A DNA stretch of 47,838 nucleotides from an uncultured Ruminococcus sp. (GTDB lineage: Bacteria > Bacillota > Clostridia > Oscillospirales > Ruminococcaceae): positions 1 to 47,838 of the forward strand of contig CAYNPC010000001.1 of NCBI GenBank assembly GCA_964399025.1. The letters run 5' to 3'. Positions 40,533 to 47,838 of the stretch are shown here, piece by piece. The number at the start of each line of letters is the position of its first letter. Position 1 is the stretch's first letter. Below the pieces are notes generated by a model that was not told where the DNA came from, did no database searches, and saw only the letters and a program-made list of their open reading frames with translations. The translations under genes and the position numbers were made by a program.

Positions 40533-40793
40533 ATGCCGAATATTAAATCCGCTAAGAAGAGAGTCCGTGTCAATGCCACAAAGGCTGCTGCCAACAAGGC
40601 AAGAAGATCCAACCTGAGAACCATGATCAAGAAGGCTGATCTGGCTTGTGCTGAAAACAGCGAAAACAAGGTAGAAGCAGTACGGGTTGCCATCAAGAAG
40701 GTTGACCAGGCTTGCGCAAAGGGTCTGATTCACAAGAATGCAGCCGCAAGAAAGAAGTCTCAGCTGGCAAAGAAGCTCAACGCTGCTGACTAA
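40533..40793 (+). CDS. rpsT: 30S ribosomal protein S20
   Basis: MPNIKSAKKRVR...IHKNAAARKKS, AGGAGG RBS. Confidence 0.98.
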   Translation: MPNIKSAKKRVRVNATKAAANKARRSNLRTMIKKADLACAENSENKVEAVRVAIKKVDQACAKGLIHKNAAARKKSQLAKKLNAAD

Positions 40794-40809
40794 TTTTGCT
40801 GAAAAAAGA

Positions 40810-40850
40810 AAAGAACCGCATGTTGTCAAAACATGCGGTTTTTTGTTTTT
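40810..40850 (+). terminator. rpsT intrinsic terminator
   Basis: AACCGCATGTT...AACATGCGGTT followed by a T-run. Confidence 0.8.
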
Positions 40851-40929
40851 CGGTGGTTTCCCACCGGCACAATATGCTTGCAATTTATCTTGGTTTGTGG
40901 TATGATAAATGGACAGGTTTCTATTTTTC

Positions 40930-41631
40930 TCACCATCTCGCATACGCTTCTAAAAGGGACTGACAGACCGACAACATCTCCGGATGTGCTTGATAATAAG
41001 CATACCGTTCAGCGGCTGTCTGTGGCACATCTTCCTCCCCTTGTTGCAAGAAATGCAGTGCCAACGTCGGCAGCAGCTTCTCATTGCCGGAAGCGATACA
41101 GTGCACTTCCAGATGTTTTTTCTGCGCCTCTTTCAGGGTATACGCCGTTCCCCCTTTTGTTTTCTGTATGATGCAAATCAGGCGGCTGCTATGTTCCAGC
41201 ATATAATCATTGCGGCGCAGGAACCCATACTGTCCATGCATGGGAATGGTGCCCAGTGCATCGACCTGTTCTACATACGCCATCATTTCTACTATTCCAC
41301 TGCGGCGATTCGCAAGGTACCCTTCACAAGGTTCTACCCCAATGAGATGAAGTGGCGTTGTGCCGTGCGCTTTCCGGTAGAGCAGATAATCTGCTGCCCA
41401 CATGTCCACGCCCTCTGCCAGACCGTCCACAAAATAACGGTACCCATCCTGAATGGCGATTTCAATACAGCCTGCCAGCATGGTTTTCAGCAGCGCAGTC
41501 GAGGAAAACCCAAAAACGGATTCTTCCGAGAACGCATCCGGTCGGTGTCCGCTGAAACAAACTGTTTTTTCCGGATGCGATAAGAAAGCCGTATCCTGTG
41601 GATACGCTTCCGTAAATGCAATATTCTGCAA
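40930..41631 (-). CDS. YspA/DUF1273 SLOG family protein
   Basis: VCFSGHRP, GLAEGVDMWAA, RRNDYML..S, GGTAYT. TTG start after AGGAGG. Confidence 0.82.
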   Translation of the reverse strand: MQNIAFTEAYPQDTAFLSHPEKTVCFSGHRPDAFSEESVFGFSSTALLKTMLAGCIEIAIQDGYRYFVDGLAEGVDMWAADYLLYRKAHGTTPLHLIGVEPCEGYLANRRSGIVEMMAYVEQVDALGTIPMHGQYGFLRRNDYMLEHSSRLICIIQKTKGGTAYTLKEAQKKHLEVHCIASGNEKLLPTLALHFLQQGEEDVPQTAAERYAYYQAHPEMLSVCQSLLEAYARW

Positions 41632-41825
41632 CAAAAGACCTCCTGACGAATGGCAATCATTCACATAGACAGAACGCAATTTCTATGTTACAATAGAACT
41701 GCGGCTTGTGATTGCCGAAAGTAACATGACGATATGTCCAGTTCCTATTATACACATTTTTGAAGAAAAGAACAAGAGGTTTTTTGCACAACGCAATTAT
41801 TTTGTTCTGAAAGAAGGATTCAACC

Positions 41826-42977
41826 ATGAAACAAACATCTGTACTCCATCGTGCATGGGCAGAAATTAATCTGGATGCCCTGCAACACAATGTCGCATGT
41901 ATCCGGAAAACACTGCCGGACACCACAGAATTTATGGCAGTCGTCAAGGCGGATGCCTACGGGCACGGTGACGAAGTCATCTGCACGGCACTCCATCAAA
42001 TGGGCGTTCACTGGTACGCTGTCTCCAATCTGGAGGAAGCACTGGCAGTCCGGCAGTACTGTCCGGACAGTGAAATTTTCATTCTGGGCTACACACCGCC
42101 GGAACTGGCGCAATCGCTCTCAGAACATAACATCATCCAAGGGGTCATGTCCACAGAATATGCAGCTGCACTGGCAGCCAACGCTGGCGAACAGCCTGTC
42201 CGCTGCCACATCAAATTGGATACCGGTATGGGACGCATTGGCTTCCGGAGCATGGACGAGGCTGCCTGCGTCGCAGAAATCCTGCCACTGTTTGCCGAAT
42301 CGAAGCTCAGCATCGAAGGGCTGTACACCCATTTCTCAGTTGCCGATTGTCCGGACGATGCAGAAAACTGCGCTTATACCGATGCACAGGAAAAACGGAT
42401 TCTGACCGTCTATGACCTGCTGGCAGAAGCCGGTCATCCGCTGCCACATCTTCATTTTATGAACAGTGCCGCTACGGTCTATCGCCCGAATCCACGTTGC
42501 ACGCTGGCAAGAGTCGGCATCATTCTCTATGGACTGTTGCCGAATTATCCGGTACAAGTACCGCTGCCACTCCAGCCAGTTATGACCTTGAAGTCCGTGA
42601 TTTCCCATATCAAGACCGTAGAAGCTGGCGACAACATCAGCTACGGCAGAACCTACACTGCCACCCAACCACGCCGGATTGCAACAGTCACCATCGGCTA
42701 TGCAGATGGATATGCCCGCCTGCTCTCCGGAAAAGCATCTGCACTGGTACACGGCGTGGCTTGTCCGATTGTGGGCAGAGTCTGCATGGATCAGCTGATG
42801 CTGGATATTTCCGATGTTCCCGTTCCGGTACACACCGGTGACGAAGTTACCATGTTCGGCAAGGAGGGAGACGAACAGATTACACCAGACGAACTGGCTG
42901 CGCTCTATGGCACAATCGGCTATGAAATCGTCTGCGGCATTTCCAAACGTGTGCCGAGAGTCGTTGTCAATGGGTAA
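41826..42977 (+). CDS. alr: Alanine racemase
   Basis: AVVKADAYGHG, KLDTGMGRIG, GYADG, GRVCMDQ, GTIGYE. Confidence 0.97.
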   Translation: MKQTSVLHRAWAEINLDALQHNVACIRKTLPDTTEFMAVVKADAYGHGDEVICTALHQMGVHWYAVSNLEEALAVRQYCPDSEIFILGYTPPELAQSLSEHNIIQGVMSTEYAAALAANAGEQPVRCHIKLDTGMGRIGFRSMDEAACVAEILPLFAESKLSIEGLYTHFSVADCPDDAENCAYTDAQEKRILTVYDLLAEAGHPLPHLHFMNSAATVYRPNPRCTLARVGIILYGLLPNYPVQVPLPLQPVMTLKSVISHIKTVEAGDNISYGRTYTATQPRRIATVTIGYADGYARLLSGKASALVHGVACPIVGRVCMDQLMLDISDVPVPVHTGDEVTMFGKEGDEQITPDELAALYGTIGYEIVCGISKRVPRVVVNG

Positions 42978-43006
42978 CCATCCGACCGATCAGAAGGAGG
43001 TTTTTC

Positions 43007-46000
43007 GTGAACGAAATCAAACCGCAGCCAAAAGCTGCTTATACATTGGGCATTGACGTTGGTTCTACGACGGTCAAAACCGTTATCTTAGATGCCGAAC
43101 ATCATGTCCTGCACAGCACGTATCAACGGCATTTTTCCAAAGTCAAAGAAGCCGTTGCCGAACAATTACAAGCCATCATCCGGGAACAACCTGACACGCT
43201 GTTTTCTGTCCATATGACAGGTTCTGCCGGTCTGGGTCTGGCGACTGCCGCAAAGCTGCCGTTTGTACAGGAAGTCCATGCGGCATTCCTTGCTGTAAAA
43301 GAACGCTATCCACAGGCAGATGCCGTCATTGAACTGGGCGGCGAAGATGCCAAAATCATCTTCCTGACAGGCGGTGTCGAACAGCGTATGAATGGTTCCT
43401 GCGCAGGCGGTACCGGTGCTTTTATTGACCAGATGGCAACGCTGCTGGATGTCACCGTAGATGAACTGGATCGCATGGCACTATCTGCTGAGCGCACCTA
43501 CCCGATTGCAGCACGCTGTGGCGTTTTTGCGAAATCAGACATTCAGCCTCTGCTGAATCAGGGCGCAAAGCGAGAAGATGTCGCTGCCAGCATCTATCAG
43601 GCAGTGGTTGACCAGACCGTTTCCGGTCTGGCACAGGGACGTAAAATCGAAGGGCATGTGCTTTTCCTTGGTGGGCCACTTTCTTTCCTGCAAGGACTGC
43701 GCAACACCTTCATGCAGACCTTACATCTGGATGCCGAACACGCCATCTTTCCGGTTGACGGCAGAACCTTTGTCGCTTATGGCTGTGCGCTCTCTGCGGA
43801 GAACAGCTGCGACAAACCATTCACCGGAGAAGCCCTGCTGGAACAGATTCAGAACGCCGAAACCAGTCACACCGTCATTGCTGACGAACCGCTGTTCAGC
43901 TATCAGGAACAATATGACCGTTTTCGGGAACGCCATGCGCAGCACGATGTCAAGCACGGCGACCTGCACAGCTATCGGGGCAAAGCGTATCTCGGCGTAG
44001 ATGCTGGTTCTACCACCACCAAAGTGGCGTTGATTGGCGAAGACAACACCTTGTTATATGATTTCTATGAGACAAACAAAGGGCAGCCGCTGGAATGTGT
44101 CAAGCGTGCCCTGCAAGATCTCTATCAGAAGAAAAACCCGAACCTCACCATCTGCGGCAGTGCCGTTACAGGCTACGGCGAAGAGATGTTGAAAGCCGGT
44201 CTGGGAATTGATTTCGGGATTGTCGAAACGGTCGCTCACTTCCGTGCCGCTGCCCATTTTTGTCCGGATGTTGATTTTATCATTGATATCGGCGGACAGG
44301 ATATCAAGTGCTTCCAGATTAAGAACGGCGCAATTGACAGCATTATGCTGAATGAAGCTTGTTCCTCTGGTTGTGGTTCGTTTATTCAGGCGTTTGCGAT
44401 GGCATTGGGCTATGATGTCGCAGAATTTGCAGAACTGGGCTTGTTCGCAGAACATCCGGTGGATCTGGGTTCTCGCTGCACCGTCTTCATGAACAGCAGT
44501 GTCAAGCAGGCACAGAAAGACGGCGCAACCGTTGCCGATATTTCCGCCGGCTTGTCCAGCTCCATTGTCAAGAACGCCATCTATAAAGTCATCCGTGCCC
44601 GTGACCCAGCCGATCTGGGCAGTCATATTGTCGTACAGGGTGGCACATTCCTGAATGATGCTGTGCTGCGCTGCTTTGAACGAGAGATGAAACGGGATGT
44701 CATTCGTCCGGCAATTTCCGGACTGATGGGCGCATTTGGTGCAGCCATCTACGCAAAGGAACATAGCACGGGAAGCAGCACACTGCTCACCTTACCGGAA
44801 CTGATGACGTTATCTTATCACACCCAGAATACCAATTGCAACGGCTGTACTGCACACTGCAATTTACAGATTCTGCGGTTCTCGAATGGCAAACGGTTCA
44901 TTTCTGGCAACCGCTGCGAACGGGGTGCTGGTGTCTCGAAGGCAGATCAGATTCCGAATCTGATGGACTGGAAATATGAAACGCTGCGTGGGCTGACCGC
45001 CAACCAGCCGACCAATCCAAAAGCAACTGTCGGGTTGCCGATGGCACTGCATTACTATGACCAGCTGCCGCTCTGGTACACATTCTTTACAGATCTGGGC
45101 TTTGCGGTCAAGCTCTCCGAAGAGAGCACCCGAAAGACGTATTACAAGGGACAGAGCACCATTCCATCGGATACGGTTTGCTATCCGGCAAAGCTGGCAC
45201 ACGGACACATTGAAAGTCTGTTGGAACAGCAGGTCGATTTCATCTTCTATCCTTGTATGACGTACAACATAGACGAAGGCGAATCCGACAACCACTACAA
45301 CTGTCCGGTCGTTGCATATTATCCGGAACTGCTGCTGGCAAACAATGAAAAATTGAACGAGCAGAACTTCCTGCATCCGTTTTTGGATCTCAACCGGCAG
45401 AAACACGTTGTGACGGTATTACATGCCTGTCTCTCTGATTATGCCACGAAAAAAGAAATCGCTGCTGCGCTGGAACACGGCTTTGCAGCATGGAACGATT
45501 ATCATGCAGAAACTGCGAAAATGGCACAGACAATTGTGACACAGGCACGGGCTGCTGGAAAGCCGATCATTGTGCTGGCAGGCAGACCGTATCACATTGA
45601 TCCGGAAATCAATCACGGCATTCACAAATTGATTGGCAGTCTGGGGATGGCGGTCATCACAGAAGACAGTGTGGCTGCACTGGCAAGCACGCCGGAATTA
45701 CAGGCGCTGAATCAGTGGGTTTATCATGCCCGCATGTATCGTGCTGCACAGTACGTCACCACACAGCCTGATTTTCAGCTGGTGCAGCTGGTTTCCTTTG
45801 GCTGCGGCATTGATGCCATCACGACAGACGAGGTGCGGCGGATTCTGGAAAGCAATGGCAAGTTGTATACGCAGCTGAAAATTGACGAAATCAGCAATCT
45901 GGGGGCTGCAAAAATCCGGTTGCGCAGTTTGAAGGCTGCCATTGGTGCAGACACGCCAACACCGGCAACGTCCACACAGGCAGAAGCATCCGAAGAAAAA

Positions 46001-46024
46001 GAACCGGCTGCTGCGAAAGCATGA
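43007..46024 (+). CDS. CoA-substrate-specific enzyme activase (two BadF/BadG/BcrA/BcrD ATPase domains plus DUF2229)
   Basis: GIDVGSTT, ELGGEDAK, MNGSCAGGTG; GVDAGSTTTK, DIGGQDIK, NEACSSGCG; SDTVCYPAK, SFGCG. Confidence 0.9.
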   Translation: MNEIKPQPKAAYTLGIDVGSTTVKTVILDAEHHVLHSTYQRHFSKVKEAVAEQLQAIIREQPDTLFSVHMTGSAGLGLATAAKLPFVQEVHAAFLAVKERYPQADAVIELGGEDAKIIFLTGGVEQRMNGSCAGGTGAFIDQMATLLDVTVDELDRMALSAERTYPIAARCGVFAKSDIQPLLNQGAKREDVAASIYQAVVDQTVSGLAQGRKIEGHVLFLGGPLSFLQGLRNTFMQTLHLDAEHAIFPVDGRTFVAYGCALSAENSCDKPFTGEALLEQIQNAETSHTVIADEPLFSYQEQYDRFRERHAQHDVKHGDLHSYRGKAYLGVDAGSTTTKVALIGEDNTLLYDFYETNKGQPLECVKRALQDLYQKKNPNLTICGSAVTGYGEEMLKAGLGIDFGIVETVAHFRAAAHFCPDVDFIIDIGGQDIKCFQIKNGAIDSIMLNEACSSGCGSFIQAFAMALGYDVAEFAELGLFAEHPVDLGSRCTVFMNSSVKQAQKDGATVADISAGLSSSIVKNAIYKVIRARDPADLGSHIVVQGGTFLNDAVLRCFEREMKRDVIRPAISGLMGAFGAAIYAKEHSTGSSTLLTLPELMTLSYHTQNTNCNGCTAHCNLQILRFSNGKRFISGNRCERGAGVSKADQIPNLMDWKYETLRGLTANQPTNPKATVGLPMALHYYDQLPLWYTFFTDLGFAVKLSEESTRKTYYKGQSTIPSDTVCYPAKLAHGHIESLLEQQVDFIFYPCMTYNIDEGESDNHYNCPVVAYYPELLLANNEKLNEQNFLHPFLDLNRQKHVVTVLHACLSDYATKKEIAAALEHGFAAWNDYHAETAKMAQTIVTQARAAGKPIIVLAGRPYHIDPEINHGIHKLIGSLGMAVITEDSVAALASTPELQALNQWVYHARMYRAAQYVTTQPDFQLVQLVSFGCGIDAITTDEVRRILESNGKLYTQLKIDEISNLGAAKIRLRSLKAAIGADTPTPATSTQAEASEEKEPAAAKA

Positions 46025-46041
46025 CATAGGAGGTGTCCCAC

Positions 46042-47262
46042 ATGAACTATCAGCAATTTACACCGGAGATGCGGAAGACTCATACGATATTGGTGCCGAA
46101 TATGCTACCGATTCACTTCCGGCTTTTGATTTCGATTTTTGAACAATACGGCTATCATATGGAGCTGCTGGAATCCACATCCCGTACAGTTGTGGAAGAA
46201 GGGTTGAAGAATGTCCACAATGACACCTGTTATCCAGCACTGCTGGTGGTCGGACAGTTTATGGAAGCCCTGAAAAGTGGGAAATACGACCCGAACACCA
46301 CAGCGTTATTGATTACACAGACAGGCGGTGGCTGTCGTGCTTCAAACTATATCCACCTGTTGCGGAAGTGCATGGCACAGCAATTTCCGCAAGTGCCGGT
46401 CATTTCTCTGAACTTTGCCGGTCTGGAAAAAGCGAGTGGGTTTCAGTTGACGTTGCCGCTCTGCTACAAACTCATTTATGGCGTGTTGTATGCGGATTTG
46501 CTGATGACATTGTACAACCAATGCCGTCCATACGAACTGAATGAGGGCGAATCCAAACAGGTACTGGAGAGCTGGCAAGAGAAGCTGGAGAAGCTGTTCC
46601 GCAGCAATGACTACCGGAATACAAAGAAATGGTATCGCACGATGCTGGAGGAATTTGCAGCCATTCCACGCAGTCAGAAGCCAAAGATAAAAGTCGGCAT
46701 CATCGGGGAAATCTACGTCAAGTATTCTCCGCTTGCCAACAATCATCTGGAAGATTTCTTACTGCAAGAGGGCTGTGAGCCGGTTGTTCCGACGTTGATG
46801 TCCTTTGTTCTGTATTGTGCAGCGAATGCAGAGAACAATGCGAAGCTTTATCAGTATCGCAATCTGCACACTACGTTGTTCGGCATTGGTTACAAATATC
46901 TGCACAGCAAGCAGATGGAGACGATTCATTGCATGGAAGCGCATGGTGTTTTCACGCCAATGCACGACTTTGAAGATTTGCGGAAAGCGGCTGACCGCTA
47001 CACCAGTCAGGGCATCTGCATGGGAGAGGGCTGGATGATTACCGCAGAAATGGCGGTGCTGGTAGAACACGGCATTCGGAATATCATCTGCACCCAACCG
47101 TTTGGCTGTCTGCCGAATCACATTGTCGCAAAGGGCATGTCGAGAACCATCAAGAAAGCGTATCCGGAAGCCAACATTGTGGCGATTGACTATGATCCCG
47201 GTGCAACGAAGGTAAATCAGGAAAACCGGATTAAATTGATGTTGGCATCTGCAAAAGAGTAA
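46042..47262 (+). CDS. 2-hydroxyacyl-CoA dehydratase-like partner of the activase
   Basis: NDTCYPA, QTGGGCRASNY, GEIYV, GEGW, QPFGCLPNH, NQENRI. AGGAGG RBS before the ATG at 46042. Confidence 0.85.
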   Translation: MNYQQFTPEMRKTHTILVPNMLPIHFRLLISIFEQYGYHMELLESTSRTVVEEGLKNVHNDTCYPALLVVGQFMEALKSGKYDPNTTALLITQTGGGCRASNYIHLLRKCMAQQFPQVPVISLNFAGLEKASGFQLTLPLCYKLIYGVLYADLLMTLYNQCRPYELNEGESKQVLESWQEKLEKLFRSNDYRNTKKWYRTMLEEFAAIPRSQKPKIKVGIIGEIYVKYSPLANNHLEDFLLQEGCEPVVPTLMSFVLYCAANAENNAKLYQYRNLHTTLFGIGYKYLHSKQMETIHCMEAHGVFTPMHDFEDLRKAADRYTSQGICMGEGWMITAEMAVLVEHGIRNIICTQPFGCLPNHIVAKGMSRTIKKAYPEANIVAIDYDPGATKVNQENRIKLMLASAKE

Positions 47263-47303
47263 AAAAAGAGAGGACAACCACTGCGTGTGATTGTCCTCTT
47301 TTT
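47261..47303 (+). terminator. Intrinsic terminator
   Basis: AGAGGACAA...TTGTCCTCT followed by a T-run. Confidence 0.75.
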
Positions 47304-47319
47304 CTACAAGATTTTTCAT

Positions 47320-47420
47320 GACAAAAGGAAATAACCGCCCCAACTAAAATTCCAAACCTGAACAGTTATTTAACCAAAAACTCTTGTGGGAGCTGACCGC
47401 CTATCGGTATGCTCTCTTTA
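47320..47420 (-). ncRNA. Putative antisense RNA, orphan copy
   Basis: Minus-strand TTGACA(47454)-17bp-TATAAT(47426). Shares the 36-nt block with the second copy. Ends approximate. Confidence 0.5.
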
Positions 47421-47466
47421 TTTATATTATACTTCAATTGAACGAAAATGTCAAGCTTTTTTTCAT

Positions 47467-47495
47467 TTGACATTTGTAGAAATATCTGTTATAAT
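47467..47495 (+). promoter_or_regulatory. Consensus sigma-A promoter of the small toxin-like gene
   Basis: TTGACA-17bp-TATAAT. Confidence 0.85.
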
Positions 47496-47562
47496 AAAAA
47501 AATAAGAGCATACCAGAAGCGGTAGGCGGTCAAATCCACGCTCCCAGAAGGGAGTGAGCGAC

Positions 47563-47661
47563 ATGGATTACGTAACATGGTCAGAATTACTGCAATATAG
47601 CATTATGCTAATTTCTTTAATCTCAGTCCTTTACAAGATTTTTCATGACAAAAGGAAATAA
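47563..47661 (+). CDS. Putative type I toxin, 32 aa: MDYVTWSELLQYSIMLISLISVLYKIFHDKRK
   Basis: GGGAG SD inside the hairpin CTCCC-AGAA-GGGAG, a single TM helix with a basic C-terminus, own promoter. Below the ORF-track length cutoff. Confidence 0.75.
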   Translation: MDYVTWSELLQYSIMLISLISVLYKIFHDKRK

Positions 47662-47743
47662 CCGCCCCAGCGACCAAACTTGAGCGGTTATTTCTATAAC
47701 AACCTAAAGTGGGAGCTGACCGCCTATCGGTATGCTCTCTTTA
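47648..47743 (-). ncRNA. Putative type I antitoxin RNA
   Basis: Minus-strand TTGACA(47777)-17bp-TATAAT(47749). Ends in the 11-bp hairpin 47655-47694 that overlaps the toxin stop. Ends approximate. Confidence 0.6.
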
Positions 47744-47838
47744 TCTTTATTATACCCCAGACAATCCAATTTGTCAAGGGGTATTTTTTGTTTCTTCTTT
47801 CGCACCTGTCCCATCATAATCCATTTTCCGGACATGAT

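Larger units (their letters stand above)
47305..47777. repeat. Degenerate tandem duplication (about 325-bp period) of a TA-like unit
   Basis: 38 bp identical at 47305-47342 and 47632-47669; 36 bp identical at 47386-47421 and 47709-47744. Confidence 0.9.

Noticed and set aside
47305-47777. CRISPR mini-array or MITE/IS end
   Set aside because: Two different blocks are each repeated twice at about 325 bp, which fits a duplicated TA unit better. No transposase or target-site duplication seen.

Overview
A mostly housekeeping chromosomal segment of a Ruminococcus-like (Oscillospiraceae) Firmicute. The taxon is inferred from the dockerin protein, ThyX, SpoVT and BspA-type LRR proteins. From 1 to about 34 kb every gene is on the minus strand: three tandem BspA-like LRR surface proteins, glmS, a dockerin/Cthe_2159-type protein, a thyX-tmk-...-mltG-U32 run, a GldA/F/G+DUF4340-like ABC system, the rimP-nusA-ylxR-L7Ae-infB-rbfA-nrnA-truB-ribF-gltX operon, aspartokinase and a LysR. 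Beyond about 36.8 kb almost all genes are on the plus strand: YhgE/Pip, TetR, rpsT, alr and a CoA-activase/dehydratase-like pair. Six signals stand out. (1) About 9 DnaA-box-like 9-mers cluster at the gene-strand switch, with two consensus parS sites about 11.6 kb away and no dnaA in the window, suggesting a dnaA-uncoupled oriC or a DnaA-box cluster. (2) An unannotated type I toxin-antitoxin-like module encodes a 32-aa membrane peptide between convergent consensus promoters, and a truncated tandem copy keeps only the antisense RNA unit. (3) ribF reads in frame into gltX, which keeps its own RBS. (4) An Arg-rich uORF with a hairpin is coupled to the aspartokinase start. (5) Two position-matched promoters suggest a small LysR regulon (degenerate SGNH protein and PQ-loop transporter). 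(6) Duplicated operators lie at the Pip promoter. All family assignments come from motif recognition by eye; no database searches were run.
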